Assembly: GCA_015065325.1 (NCBI GenBank)
Contig: SVQO01000002.1
Coordinates: 93,005 to 157,004 of the forward strand
Source: Oscillospiraceae bacterium
Lineage (GTDB): Bacteria > Bacillota > Clostridia > Oscillospirales > SIG627
DNA: 64,000 bases
Direction of reading: 5' to 3'
In this document: in pieces, positions 34,212-44,185 of the stretch
How positions within the stretch are numbered: position 1 is the stretch's first letter
How the letters are laid out: each line of letters opens with the position of its first letter
Translations under genes and position numbers: made by a program
The notes under the pieces: model-generated
Database searches by the model: none
The model's input: only the letters and a program-made list of their open reading frames with translations
Told to the model about the DNA's origin: nothing

Positions 34212-35489
34212 TTAGAACTTTGCGTTCAGAAGCTTAATACCGTCGATCTGAAGATCGAAGTAAGGAGCAGAACGATACTTAGATTCTTCGAACATCAGCA
34301 CACCGGTCTTGGTTACAACCTCGGTATCGGCTGCAAACTCAGCATCGGTATCAACGTCTGCCATATAGGAGGTCACAACGCCCTTTGCATCGGTGGTAGC
34401 ATTCTTGTTCTTTTCGTCGGTAACGGTTGCAGTAAAGTTCTTAACTTCAAATACCTGACGGGTATTGCCAACGAGCTGCTTCTTGTATTCTTCAATAGCC
34501 TTTGCGGTGCCGGCAGCAGCAGCCTTTTCGTTGATCTCGGTGAGAACAACGGAGCCGGTCTCGATGGTACCGGTGTAATCTACGGGGATCTCCTTGCCCT
34601 TACCAGCCATGGTCTTCTCACAGATCAGCTTGAAGTAGGGGGTCCAGTCGATCTTGGAAGCTACGATAAAGGTCTTGGGGCAAGCGGCAGCATTGGAAAT
34701 GTTGTAGGAAATGTTGGGGATGCCCTTTTCTTCACAAGCGGTAGGAGCACCCATGGAGTCTGCGTGCTGGGAAATGAGAACGCAACCGTTCTGGATCAGA
34801 GCGTTTGCAGCGTTCTTTTCTTCGATCTCGTCATACCAGGAGCCGGTAAACTGTACTTCCATGGTAACTTCGGGAACGATCTCCTTTACGCCCAGGTAGA
34901 AGGAGGTGTAGCCGGAAATAACTTCCGCATAGGTGAAAGCACCAACGTAACCGATCTTGGGAACGACGGTGGGATCCTTATCCATCATTTCCTTCAGCTT
35001 CAGACCTGCAGCGATACCAACCAGGTATCTGCCTTCGTAGATCTCAGCAAAAGCGTTGTGGAAGTTGGGGAGCTTTTCGGTGTGAGCCATAGTACCGGTA
35101 GCGTGGCAGAACTGAACGTCCTTAAATTCCTTGGCAGCCTTCAGAAGGAAGGACTCGTGGCCGAAGGAGTTAGCAAATACGACGTTACAACCTGCATCTA
35201 CCAGGTCGGCAGCTGCATCGTAGCAAGCGTTGGTCTCGGGGATGTTCTTCTTGAAGATGATCTGCTCATCCTTCAAGCCGAGCTCCTTCTGAGCCTTCTT
35301 CACTGCGTCGATGAAGTTCTTGTCATAGGTGGATTTCTCGTCGTGGAGGCAGATTACGCCCAGCTTGAAGTCGCTCTTTGCAACGGGAGCATCTGCACCG
35401 CCCTCTTTCTCACCTGCACCGCAAGATGCGAACAGGAAGCAAGAAAGGAGCATGCTCATCACGAGAATGACGGAAAGAATTCTTTTCAT
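34212..35489 (-). CDS. BMP-family substrate-binding lipoprotein
   Basis: Lipobox LFASC with a short linker. GVICLHDEKSTYDKNF, GYVGAFTYAEVISGY and FTGSWYD blocks fit the Bmp/PnrA/Med family. Confidence 0.85.
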   Translation of the reverse strand: MKRILSVILVMSMLLSCFLFASCGAGEKEGGADAPVAKSDFKLGVICLHDEKSTYDKNFIDAVKKAQKELGLKDEQIIFKKNIPETNACYDAAADLVDAGCNVVFANSFGHESFLLKAAKEFKDVQFCHATGTMAHTEKLPNFHNAFAEIYEGRYLVGIAAGLKLKEMMDKDPTVVPKIGYVGAFTYAEVISGYTSFYLGVKEIVPEVTMEVQFTGSWYDEIEEKNAANALIQNGCVLISQHADSMGAPTACEEKGIPNISYNISNAAACPKTFIVASKIDWTPYFKLICEKTMAGKGKEIPVDYTGTIETGSVVLTEINEKAAAAGTAKAIEEYKKQLVGNTRQVFEVKNFTATVTDEKNKNATTDAKGVVTSYMADVDTDAEFAADTEVVTKTGVLMFEESKYRSAPYFDLQIDGIKLLNAKF

Positions 35490-35560
35490 GTTCTTTTCTC
35501 CTTATAAATAATAATGTTCTTGTCATTTCGGGAAATTTTCATCTCCCAAAACACGATTAC

Positions 35561-35589
35561 ATTTTAATACAAACACGCCCAAATGTCAA
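35561..35589 (-). promoter_or_regulatory. Promoter of the second binding-protein gene and transporter
   Basis: The minus strand reads TTGACA, a 17-nt spacer, then TAAAAT. Confidence 0.65.
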
Positions 35590-35633
35590 CATAATTTAAC
35601 AAATTCTCCACATTTTAGCGGTCTGTTTTCCAC

Positions 35634-37007
35634 TTAAAATTTTGCATTCAAAAGGGTAATACCGTCGATCTGCAGATCAAAGTAGGGGGCGGAGCGATAC
35701 TTGGATTCCTCAAAGCTTTTTCCGTCTTGGGAAACTGCCTCGGTGTCAGCTTCAAAGTCGGAATCGGTATCAACGTCTGCCATATAAGAAATCAAAACGC
35801 CGTTTGCATCGGTGGCGGCATTCTTGTTCTTGTCATCGGAAGCGGTTACGGTGAAGCTCTGCGTATCGAATACCTCGAGAGAACCTTTTTTCAGCTTTTT
35901 CTCATATTTTTCCACCGTTTCCTCGGTATCGGAAGCGGCAACGCTCTCGTTGATCTCGGTAAGAGCTACGGAGCCTGTCTCAAGGGTACCGACGTAATCG
36001 GTGGGAATATCCTCTGCGTCGCCCGCCATAGCCTTCTCGCAGATCAGTTCAAGGTAGGGAGCCCAGTCGATCCTCGAAGCTACGATATAGGTATTGGGGC
36101 AAGCGGCAGCATTGGAAACGTTGTAAGAAACGTTGGGGACTCCCATTTCTTCGCAAGCGGCGGGAGCACCCATGGAGTCTGAATACTGAGAGATAACAGC
36201 ACATCCGTTTTCGATCAAATTCTTGGCAACGTTCTTTTCTCCGATCTCGTCATACCAGGAGCCGGTGAACTGTACTTCCATGGTAACCTCGGGAACGATC
36301 TCTTTTACCCCCAGATAAAAAGCGGTGTACGCGGAAATCACCTCCGCGTAAGTAAACGAACCTACGAAACCGATCTTGGGAATGACGGTGGGATCCTTCG
36401 CCATCATTTCCTTCAACTTCATACCTGCGGCGATCCCCGTCAGATACCGTCCCTCGTAAACGGACGCGTACGCGTTGTGGAAGTTGGGGAGCTTCTCGGT
36501 ATGAGCCATGGTACCGGTAGCGTGACAGAACTGAACGTCATCATATTTCTTGGCAGCCTTCAGAAGGAAGGGCTCGTGACCGAAGGAGTTGGCAAAGATC
36601 ACCGTGCATCCTTCGTCCACCAGCTCCTCCGCCGCGTCGTAGCAAGCTTTGGATTCGGGCACGTTTTTCTTAAAGATGATCTGCTCATCCTCCAGATCAA
36701 GCTCCCGCTGAACCTTCTTCACTGCGTCGATGAAGTTCTTGTCGTAGGTGGATTTCTCGTCGTGAAGGCAGATCACGCCCAGCTTAAACGCCGTTTTGTC
36801 TTCGGTTTCCTCATCCTCCTCGGTGTATCGGTCGGCAGAGTCCTCCTCGCGGGTGCGCTTATCGTCTTCATCCTCCTCGGTCTCGGAAACGTCTTCGGTA
36901 TCATCATCCCAATCGTCGTCCTCATCCCTTTTCTTTTCACAGCTTGCGAAAAGAAAACAGGAAAGGATCATACTCAGTGCCAAAACAATGGAAAAAAATC
37001 GTTTCAT
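35634..37007 (-). CDS. BMP-family substrate-binding lipoprotein with a ~50-aa acidic tether
   Basis: Paralog of 34212..35489 with the same blocks. Lipobox LFASC is followed by EKKRDEDDDWDDDTEDVSETEEDEDDKRTREEDSADRYTEEDEETEDK. Confidence 0.85.
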   Translation of the reverse strand: MKRFFSIVLALSMILSCFLFASCEKKRDEDDDWDDDTEDVSETEEDEDDKRTREEDSADRYTEEDEETEDKTAFKLGVICLHDEKSTYDKNFIDAVKKVQRELDLEDEQIIFKKNVPESKACYDAAEELVDEGCTVIFANSFGHEPFLLKAAKKYDDVQFCHATGTMAHTEKLPNFHNAYASVYEGRYLTGIAAGMKLKEMMAKDPTVIPKIGFVGSFTYAEVISAYTAFYLGVKEIVPEVTMEVQFTGSWYDEIGEKNVAKNLIENGCAVISQYSDSMGAPAACEEMGVPNVSYNVSNAAACPNTYIVASRIDWAPYLELICEKAMAGDAEDIPTDYVGTLETGSVALTEINESVAASDTEETVEKYEKKLKKGSLEVFDTQSFTVTASDDKNKNAATDANGVLISYMADVDTDSDFEADTEAVSQDGKSFEESKYRSAPYFDLQIDGITLLNAKF

Positions 37008-37147
37008 GGTCTTTTCTCCTTAAAAATTTATCAGCATCGAGTCCGTCAAGTTCTCTGCCGTCCTCAATACGAATTTATTCTATTATATTCTGCTCCGTTT
37101 ATCAAGTTCTTTTGCATATTACGTCAATTTTTTTCTCCCTTTTCCAC

Positions 37148-37176
37148 TTGAAAAACAGCTCAGACCGTGCTATACT
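37148..37176 (+). promoter_or_regulatory. Promoter of the esterase gene
   Basis: TTGAAA (37148..37153), a 17-nt spacer, then TATACT (37171..37176). Confidence 0.6.
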
Positions 37177-37207
37177 GCAAAGCAGAAGAAACAAAAAGGA
37201 GCTTGTT

Positions 37208-37987
37208 ATGGCATTTCTTGAATTTCGCTATTTTTCCAAGGCGATCCGCACGAGTGTTACGGTAAACGTCATTTTGCCGGAGGTCGGTAAAACCGAGGAG
37301 GGCGTAGGCAGAGTACCTTGGCCTTATAAAACCGTCTGGCTCCTTCACGGGCTGAACGGGAACCAGAATTCCTGGGTGGAAAACACCTCCATCGAGCGCT
37401 ATGCCCGGGAGCGCGGACTTGCGGTGGTAATGCCCTGCGCGGATCGAAGCTGGTACACCGACACCGCCTACGGTGCCAAATATTTCACCTTCGTCTCCGA
37501 AGAGCTGCCCGTGGTTTGCCGCAGTTATTTTCAAGGTATGAGCGACAAGCGGGAGGACAATCTGGTCATCGGGCTTTCCATGGGCGGATACGGCGCTTTG
37601 AAATGTGCGCTGACCCATCCCGAGCGTTACGGAGCCGTTGCGGCACTGTCCGGCGCGCTGGATATTACCCGAAAGGGCAGACCGTACAGTCCGGAGGAAT
37701 GGCGCGGGATTTTCGGCTTTGAGCTGAAAAGCGCGCTGGAGCTGGAAAACACCCGACACGATCTGTTTTATCTTACCCGAGAAAACCGAAAAAATGCACT
37801 CCCCTTTCCCAAGACCTATCTGTGGTGCGGCACCGAGGATGCACTCATTGCCGTCAACCGCACGTATCGGGATCTGCTGACCGAGCTTGATATTCCGCAT
37901 CTTTACGAAGAATCCCCCGGTACCCACACCTGGAAGTATTGGGATGAAAAGGTGGTCAACGCCTTAAATTACCTTTTGGACGAATAA
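37208..37987 (+). CDS. Esterase (tributyrin esterase / S-formylglutathione hydrolase family)
   Basis: ATG at 37208 follows AAAAAGGAG. MAFLEFRYFS.. N-terminus, GLSMGGYGAL nucleophile elbow, and a HTW block near the C-terminus. Confidence 0.8.
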   Translation: MAFLEFRYFSKAIRTSVTVNVILPEVGKTEEGVGRVPWPYKTVWLLHGLNGNQNSWVENTSIERYARERGLAVVMPCADRSWYTDTAYGAKYFTFVSEELPVVCRSYFQGMSDKREDNLVIGLSMGGYGALKCALTHPERYGAVAALSGALDITRKGRPYSPEEWRGIFGFELKSALELENTRHDLFYLTRENRKNALPFPKTYLWCGTEDALIAVNRTYRDLLTELDIPHLYEESPGTHTWKYWDEKVVNALNYLLDE

Positions 37988-37996
37988 TCGCATTGC

Positions 37997-38024
37997 AAAA
38001 AAGCACCCTTTCGGGTGCTTTTTC
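37997..38024. terminator. Bidirectional terminator between convergent genes
   Basis: Stem AGCACCC / GGGTGCT with loop TTTC, an A-run before and a T-run after. Confidence 0.75.
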
Positions 38025-39530
38025 TTATCCGTTGGCGGCAGTGTAGCAAACGTTGAGAAGTCTTACCATTTCGGCGGCAAATTCCTCCCCGCAGCCCTCG
38101 CGGAATACGCAGGTGTAAACCTCGTAGCCGCCGTTTTTCCAGGCAAGAGCGGAAGGAATATAACTGAAGGAGCCGTTGGTATAGCCGAAAACAAAGGTCA
38201 TTTTAAAGGGAGAGGCGGCACGGACCTCCTGTCCGTTGGTATCAAACATTTCGTAAGGTGCGGCAACGAAGCCTACGTCGCCAAAGGTGATGGCGGTGAA
38301 GGGGACCACGCTGCTCTCGACATTTGAGGCGCTTTCCACGGCACTTGCCTCGTAGCGGGACTGGAAGCCGTACTTGGAGATCAGCTCGCTCTGCTCGGGA
38401 GTATCCTTCCCTGCAGCGTTAACTTCCTTTGCCTGGGCGATCCTCTCAGCAGAGTATTGGCGACGGAGCGCGGTGTAATCACTGTGAGCGATCTGCAGAG
38501 GACCGGTCTCCATTTTTTCCTCGGAAGCGATCGCCTGCTTGGCAACGTCAACAAAATGAGGCGTGCCCTTTACGAAGTTTTCGTACTTGCGTTCACCGGG
38601 AATATTGGACTGGAAGTTTAGGTTGCCGGAAGCACCGTTGCAGTAGGAGAACAGATACTTTCCGTCTTCCTCCATTGCCTCGCGGAAGGTGTGCACGAAG
38701 TCCGCAGAGATCTGACCGGGGTACAGATTGGAAGCAGAGCCGTAGTGAGTCTGATAATTGACCATCACCACGTCCTTCTTATCGCCCTCACGGTCGAAGC
38801 GGAGCACACGCATTTCGTTGTCCGCCTCGGTCTCGTGGCGAGCAATGGGGGAATTGGTGTTATCTCTCATATGGATTCCGGTAAAGGTACCGTCCTCGCG
38901 GATATAGCGGCGAACGAAGGTAATGCCGTCGGTATGGCTCTTACCGCTGTACGCCTCGGCGGGAGTCAGATCCTGCAAAGCCTGCTGGCTGAGCAAGGGA
39001 AGCTGCTTGTAATATACCTGGCTTTTCCAGCCGATAACGGAGGGATCGTCGTAGTTGCAATCTACCGCGGAGTGGGAGTGCGAAGAGTTGATAAAGATAT
39101 TCTCGTAAGGAATCTCCACGCCCTTCAGATTCTTGGTGAGAAGCTCCTTGGTTCTCTGGATCAGAGCGGCACCGATATTACGCATATCCACCGTAACGAT
39201 GAGAGCCGCCTTTTCTCCGTCGGAAATGGCAACACAGGTGATCTGCAGAGGATCGTGGGCACTCTTGGCATAATCACCGTTGTAGGAAAGGGTAGGCCAA
39301 GAGATAGGGGTGATATCTCTGCGGGCATAGCCTACGGAAAAGCCCTCGGGCAGGGTAATGGGACCTGCCTTCACTTCATCCTCTTTTTTTTCGGTCTTTT
39401 TTTCAGCTTCGGCAACGGTCTTTGCTTCCGCCGTGGCTTGGGGCTGTGCACTCTCCAGGGAGGGGGAGGCGCAGGACACCAGAGAAAGCAGAGTCATCAA
39501 TGCCAAAAGACCTGCAAAAATGCGTTTCAT
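38025..39530 (-). CDS. HxH hydrolase-family lipoprotein, outlying copy on the opposite strand
   Basis: ATG at 39530 (MKRIFAGLLALMTLLSLVSC lipobox) follows GGAGA. Carries the family blocks GYARRDITP, DPLQITCVAISDGE, SSHSHSA, FVRRYI, HETEADNEMRVLRFDR, NYQTHYG, NGASGNLNF, PYEMFDTNGQEVR. Confidence 0.85.
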   Translation of the reverse strand: MKRIFAGLLALMTLLSLVSCASPSLESAQPQATAEAKTVAEAEKKTEKKEDEVKAGPITLPEGFSVGYARRDITPISWPTLSYNGDYAKSAHDPLQITCVAISDGEKAALIVTVDMRNIGAALIQRTKELLTKNLKGVEIPYENIFINSSHSHSAVDCNYDDPSVIGWKSQVYYKQLPLLSQQALQDLTPAEAYSGKSHTDGITFVRRYIREDGTFTGIHMRDNTNSPIARHETEADNEMRVLRFDREGDKKDVVMVNYQTHYGSASNLYPGQISADFVHTFREAMEEDGKYLFSYCNGASGNLNFQSNIPGERKYENFVKGTPHFVDVAKQAIASEEKMETGPLQIAHSDYTALRRQYSAERIAQAKEVNAAGKDTPEQSELISKYGFQSRYEASAVESASNVESSVVPFTAITFGDVGFVAAPYEMFDTNGQEVRAASPFKMTFVFGYTNGSFSYIPSALAWKNGGYEVYTCVFREGCGEEFAAEMVRLLNVCYTAANG

Positions 39531-39608
39531 AAAAGTCTCCTTTTCATGGAAAGAGTTGATTTTGCTTATTATAGCACGCTCTCGGCACAAAATGCGTGAA
39601 TAATTTGT

Positions 39609-39649
39609 AAAAACAGACGGAGATCTTCCAAAGAAAATCTCCGTCCGTT
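39609..39649 (-). terminator. Terminator after the Gfo/Idh/MocA gene
   Basis: The minus strand reads ACGGACGGAGAT..ATCTCCGTCTGT followed by TTTTT. Confidence 0.7.
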
Positions 39650-39668
39650 GTGCACTGTGACGAATACG

Positions 39669-40967
39669 TCAATCGTTCTCAAAGCCGTAACGGGCAAAAA
39701 CCTCGTCCACCTTCACGATTTTCTCCCCGTGTCTTGCCTCCTCGGCGGCAAAGCCGATCAAATGGTTCTTTACGGAGATATTGATATCTGCGGCGCGGTA
39801 GCCGTCGTAGGAGCCGGACATAAATTCGTACAGCTCACGGATAATGCCCTGGTCTCCGCCGCCGTGGCCGCCGTTGATGGTCTCGTCCACCTTCAGCGTG
39901 GGAACGGTCCAGTGCTTTCGGTCATCGAAGGTGAACACCTTGATCTGCGTATCCGACATATGCGCCATGATCTCACCGCGGGTACCGTAAATGCGGATGT
40001 ATCTGCCGCCGTAGTTGAAGGCATTCATGGTCAGGGTCGCAGTAGCACCGCCGCTGAATTCCATATTCACCACCTGATGATCCACCACGTCGTTATTCGC
40101 CTGATAAACGCACAGACCGTAATCCGTGGTCTTCAGAGCGGTCATGATCTCACTTTCGGTCGGATTTTCAAAATTCTCGGCAATTCCGTTGGTAATGATT
40201 CTCTTTCTGGCAATGCTTGCAGGGCCGCAGTAGTAGGCAACGCAGTTATAGGGGCAGGTATCTCCCGCGGGGCATCCGCCGTCCGCACAGCGCACCGGTG
40301 CGCCCTCGGGTGCGTTTTCCTTGCGGAAATGCATCAAGCTGCCGAAGGAGCTGACCTTCTTGCAGGGCTTGTCCAGAAGCCACTGGATCATATCCAGATC
40401 GTGACAGCATTTGGCAAGGAGCATAGGTGTCGACTCCTCCTCCTTGTGCCAGTTTCCGCGCACGTAACTGTGACTGTAATGAATATGTCCCACCGCCTCG
40501 GTCTGCTCCAAAGAGATCACGTCTCCGATAACCCCTTCCATGAGAAGCTGCTTGATCTTTCCGAAGAAGGGCGTATAGCGCAGCACGTGGCACACCAGCA
40601 CCTTCACGCCCTTGGCGTTGGCGGCGTTGGCAATGTCGGCGCATTCCTGCGCAGTCTGGGCAACGGGCTTTTCCAGAAGCAGGTCGTACCCCAGATCGAT
40701 CGCCTTCAGCGCAGGCTCATAGTGCATATTGTCCACCAGCGCGATGACGCAAAGATCAGCAAACTTGGGCTGAGCCAGCACCTCCTCCCAGGAATTGTAA
40801 AGTCCGCTGTCGGGAACGCCGTGCATCTGCTGGATGGTCCTTCTTCTGCTCTCGGAGGGGTCGGCAACCGCCACCACCTTATACTTATCGGGCATTTCCG
40901 CCATATGGTCAGCATAGCGGATTCCGCGGTTTCCCGCACCAAGTAATACAACGCTCAAAGGTTTCAT
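39669..40967 (-). CDS. Gfo/Idh/MocA family NAD(P)-dependent oxidoreductase
   Basis: ATG at 40967 (MKPLSVVLLGAGNRG Rossmann start) is 8 nt after GGAGA; the tracked start at 40982 is a TTG. Confidence 0.8.
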   Translation of the reverse strand: MKPLSVVLLGAGNRGIRYADHMAEMPDKYKVVAVADPSESRRRTIQQMHGVPDSGLYNSWEEVLAQPKFADLCVIALVDNMHYEPALKAIDLGYDLLLEKPVAQTAQECADIANAANAKGVKVLVCHVLRYTPFFGKIKQLLMEGVIGDVISLEQTEAVGHIHYSHSYVRGNWHKEEESTPMLLAKCCHDLDMIQWLLDKPCKKVSSFGSLMHFRKENAPEGAPVRCADGGCPAGDTCPYNCVAYYCGPASIARKRIITNGIAENFENPTESEIMTALKTTDYGLCVYQANNDVVDHQVVNMEFSGGATATLTMNAFNYGGRYIRIYGTRGEIMAHMSDTQIKVFTFDDRKHWTVPTLKVDETINGGHGGGDQGIIRELYEFMSGSYDGYRAADINISVKNHLIGFAAEEARHGEKIVKVDEVFARYGFEND

Positions 40968-41093
40968 AACAGGTTTCTCCAATCGTGAAAAGAATCTTGA
41001 TTTTCTTACAAGTGCATTGTATAATACAAAATGTATAAAAGCAAGGGGAAATCTTGCTATTTTTTAACACAATCTTGCTATCGGGAGAAAAAG

Positions 41094-41912
41094 ATGCAAA
41101 GCTACACCTACGAGATCCACGCCTTCGGCGACCCCCTGCTCCCCTTTCGCTTCCGCCCCTATATGGACGTGACCGAGCGACGATCCCCGGCGAACTGGCA
41201 CGAGGAAACGGAAGTCCTATACTGCTTCGGAGGGACGGGACACGTTCAGCTGGGAGGAGAAAGCGTTCCCTTTGAGAAGGGGGATACGGTGGTGGTCAAT
41301 ACCCGTACCCCTCATTTCGTAATGAGCGAGGAAAGCGTCCAATATTGCTGTCTCATCGTAAAGGGCGGTTTTCTGAAGGAAAACGGCGTAGATCCCGCTC
41401 TTTTGCATTTCGAGCATCGGATCCAAGGCGGTGAAATGCAGGAGAAGGCAGAGGCGGTTCGGGCAGCATTCGGCGTCTACGATCCCGGGCGTCCCGAAAG
41501 CGTTTTGCAGATCCGAAGTGCGGTGCTCTCCCTGTTTTGCCTTCTCTGCCAAAAGCACGCTTCTCCCTCGCGGGAGCAGAAAAAAAGCAACGAGGCGGTA
41601 AACCGTGCTCTGACCTATTTACACACCCGTTTCAGAGAAAAGCTCTCCCTGGACGAGCTGGCGGCGTGGGTGGGGGTCAGCAAGTTTCATCTGTCGCGGG
41701 AATTCAAGCGCGCCACAGGCAGGCCCGTGATGGAAACGGTCTTACTCCTGCGCCTGTACGAGGCGAAGGAGCTGATTGAAAAGGGAGAGCGTATCTCAGA
41801 CGCCGCACGCTCCTGCGGTTTTTCCAATCTCTCCTACTTCACCCGCTGCTTCCGCAAGCAGTTTGCCCTCCTCCCCTCCGACCTTCGCAAAAAATTAAAT
41901 CGGAACACGTAA
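41094..41912 (+). CDS. AraC family transcriptional regulator (cupin + HTH)
   Basis: ATG at 41094 follows GGGAGA. The C-terminal block LDELAAWVGVSKFHLSREFKRATG...NLSYFTRCFRKQF is a typical AraC HTH pair. Confidence 0.85.
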   Translation: MQSYTYEIHAFGDPLLPFRFRPYMDVTERRSPANWHEETEVLYCFGGTGHVQLGGESVPFEKGDTVVVNTRTPHFVMSEESVQYCCLIVKGGFLKENGVDPALLHFEHRIQGGEMQEKAEAVRAAFGVYDPGRPESVLQIRSAVLSLFCLLCQKHASPSREQKKSNEAVNRALTYLHTRFREKLSLDELAAWVGVSKFHLSREFKRATGRPVMETVLLLRLYEAKELIEKGERISDAARSCGFSNLSYFTRCFRKQFALLPSDLRKKLNRNT

Positions 41913-41949
41913 AAAATGCTATGGAAGCCAAACTTCCATAGCATTTGCT
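41911..41949. terminator. Bidirectional terminator between convergent genes
   Basis: 13-bp stem AATGCTATGGAAG / CTTCCATAGCATT with loop CCAAA. Confidence 0.75.
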
Positions 41950-43320
41950 TTACTGCGGGAGAATGAGAGCGCCGTTTTCGTAAATGGGAACGAGCTGACC
42001 GTTGCCCAGCTGTACCGTGATCTTGACCGAGCAACCCTTTTCCTCGTGGGCGATAGGGGCAATGGAGATCACCGTGAACAACTCGTAGTAAAAGCTTCCG
42101 ATATAGCCGGGGTGGGCGTTGCGGGTATAGACCGTCTCGGACCGGGCGTCGACAGCGGTGACGGTCACCGAGGAAATGGGGTAATTTGCCGTCAGAGTGG
42201 CGTCTCTCAGATCCGAAAGGCTTTCGATCTTCTTGCCGTCCTTGTGAACAAGCGCCAGCTTCAAGGGCTCCACGGGATCCTCCCCGCAAAATTCCGCAAA
42301 GGTAAAAGGAAGGTAAGACGACTTGAACATATTCTGAAAAGAGATCCGCCCGTCTATTCGTCCCTCCAGCCAAACCGTTTTCCCGTCCGAGCGAGTGGTT
42401 TCCAGGGGGGTAGAAGTCTGCTCCAGAACGGTCACGAAGCTGTTTTCCCCGTCGATGCTTCCGTCGGGAAGATAGCTTACCTCGGCAGCGGCGGAAACCA
42501 TTTGTACGTGGTTGGCGTTGGAGGTCGTCTTGGGATACAGCTGGATCAATCCGTCCGCGGGAAGAAGGGCGGCGTAAGAGCGATACATGGTCTGCTCTCC
42601 GTTTGCTTCACAGACCGCACGGGTCCCGTCCCCCTCGTCCCAGCGGGTAATACCCGTATAGGTATAGGGGCCCACGGGCAAAAAGCCCTCGCTTTTTACC
42701 ATTCTCGCGTTGGACCAGCCTTGCTTCGTAAGATCGTCGGAGGCTCCGAGCATAGTATTGACCACTCGGCTCCACGCCCAATAGCAGGAGGAAGAGCAGT
42801 GATTGCTGATCAAAGCGGTGAGCCGATCGGTGGTAAGACCCTCGGCAGAGATCACACCGGTCGCCGGGTCGTACAGCTCCATCACCGTGTAAAGATTGCC
42901 GGAGGTGCCGCAGTTGTTCCCCGCCCGATACGGACAGCCCGCGTACAACGTGCCCCGCTCAAAATGCATCGGCTTATTGTTGTGCATTTCCGTTTCGATC
43001 CTGTAATCCAGATCCCGATCGGGGGTCCACTCGAAGGAAAGCTGAAGCCGCATAAAATCCACGCAGATCCGACGCAATTCATCGCTTGACATAGACGAGT
43101 CGGCAATGGGAATGGCATCGATCCGCTCGCGGGTCAGCGGAAACAGGATCTCGGGATAAACGAAGGCCTCCTCAACGGGCTTCTCCTCCGTTTTTTCAAC
43201 CGTTTCCCCGGGCGCGGGAGATCCCTGAGGGGCAAGAGACTGCGAAGAACATCCCACCGCGGTCAAGGTGACGACAAGCGCCAACAGCAGCGAGAGGCTC
43301 CGCTTACCGTCGATTTTCAT
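41950..43320 (-). CDS. Lipoprotein, putative Cys-His hydrolase; paralog of 3911..5458
   Basis: ATG at 43320 overlaps the nadE stop (ATGA). Lipobox LTAVGC. Shares LQLSFEWT, NHCSSSCYWAWSRVVN, NHVQMV, LPDGSID and YLPFTFAEF with the 3911..5458 product. Confidence 0.6.
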   Translation of the reverse strand: MKIDGKRSLSLLLALVVTLTAVGCSSQSLAPQGSPAPGETVEKTEEKPVEEAFVYPEILFPLTRERIDAIPIADSSMSSDELRRICVDFMRLQLSFEWTPDRDLDYRIETEMHNNKPMHFERGTLYAGCPYRAGNNCGTSGNLYTVMELYDPATGVISAEGLTTDRLTALISNHCSSSCYWAWSRVVNTMLGASDDLTKQGWSNARMVKSEGFLPVGPYTYTGITRWDEGDGTRAVCEANGEQTMYRSYAALLPADGLIQLYPKTTSNANHVQMVSAAAEVSYLPDGSIDGENSFVTVLEQTSTPLETTRSDGKTVWLEGRIDGRISFQNMFKSSYLPFTFAEFCGEDPVEPLKLALVHKDGKKIESLSDLRDATLTANYPISSVTVTAVDARSETVYTRNAHPGYIGSFYYELFTVISIAPIAHEEKGCSVKITVQLGNGQLVPIYENGALILPQ

Positions 43321-44054
43321 TTTTTCCAATCCTCAAAAGTGGGAACGGGCTGCAGCTTGTGCAAGCTTCTGCCGTGGTAACGCTCGATGATCGCGCGGTC
43401 CTCGTCGGTGGCCTGGCCGGTGAGAATGTACTTGTCGATGGCGGCGTAGGTCACACCCATTTCCTTTTCGTCGGTCTGTCCCTCGAACAGTCCTGCGGAG
43501 GGAGCCTTTTCAATAATGGAGGAAGGCGCGCCCAGATAGCGCAGAAAATCGTAAACCTCGCCGACGGTCAGGTCGGTAATGGGGTTGAAGTCAAAGCCTC
43601 CGTCGCCCCACTTGGTAAAGTAGCCCATATAACGCTCACTGCGGTTGCCCGTACCGCCTACCAGACAGCCCTCGGCGGCGCCGATGGCGTAGAGGGTAGT
43701 CATACGCAGTCTGGGGGCAATATTGGTCAGCGCCTGAGAATTGAGCTCCGCCACCCCTTTCAGCGCGGCAACCTCTGCTTCCTTGACGGCGGTCAGATCC
43801 ACCAAGCGATTTTCGATGCCGAATTTCTCGCAAAGAGCCTTGGCGTCCTCCAGATCCTTGCCGAAATTCACCGAGGATCCGCAGGGCATCATCACGCTGA
43901 TGGTATTGTCGCACGCCATTTTGGACAAAATTCCCACCAGGGCACAGTCCTTACCGCCGGAATTGCCGAATACGATGCCGCGGCTGTGGCTTTTTTCCAC
44001 CAATTCTCTGATAAACGCAACTCTCTGTTCCGTTTCCTTTTTGTAATCTCTCAT
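43317..44054 (-). CDS. nadE: NH3-dependent NAD+ synthetase
   Basis: 245 aa with the PP-loop motif FGNSGGKDCALV (SGGxDS-type). Length and blocks fit NadE. Confidence 0.8.
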   Translation of the reverse strand: MRDYKKETEQRVAFIRELVEKSHSRGIVFGNSGGKDCALVGILSKMACDNTISVMMPCGSSVNFGKDLEDAKALCEKFGIENRLVDLTAVKEAEVAALKGVAELNSQALTNIAPRLRMTTLYAIGAAEGCLVGGTGNRSERYMGYFTKWGDGGFDFNPITDLTVGEVYDFLRYLGAPSSIIEKAPSAGLFEGQTDEKEMGVTYAAIDKYILTGQATDEDRAIIERYHGRSLHKLQPVPTFEDWKK

Positions 44055-44113
44055 AGCTTCTCTCCTTGTGGGAAAATTCTGATTTCATCATATCACAAGA
44101 AAAAACAAAGGTC

Positions 44114-44156
44114 AACCGAATTTTCCATTGCAAAATAAAAAAAGCCGTGATACAAT
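44114..44156 (+). promoter_or_regulatory. Array promoter 1 with a degenerate box
   Basis: Box AACCGAATTTTCCATTG (44114..44130), TTGCAA (44128..44133), a 17-nt spacer, then TACAAT (44151..44156). Confidence 0.6.
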
Positions 44157-44185
44157 CAAAGAAGAAACACGAAAGGAGCCTCTTA

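Noticed and set aside
32565-35507. 980-aa ORF antisense to the ABC ATPase and binding-protein genes
   Set aside because: Same reasoning. It spans an intergenic hairpin and two real genes on the other strand, and it has no recognisable motifs or RBS.
44066-44185. N-terminal extensions in the ORF track (44066, 49794, 54379, 61503, 39590, 26850, 29145, 36944, 9476, 41031, 5530, 40982, 20080, 43329, 48529)
   Set aside because: The extended starts lack an RBS, are TTG/GTG placed too close to the RBS, or cover promoters and terminators. Internal ATG/GTG codons sit 5-10 nt after GGAGG-like sites and give canonical signal peptides or domain starts.
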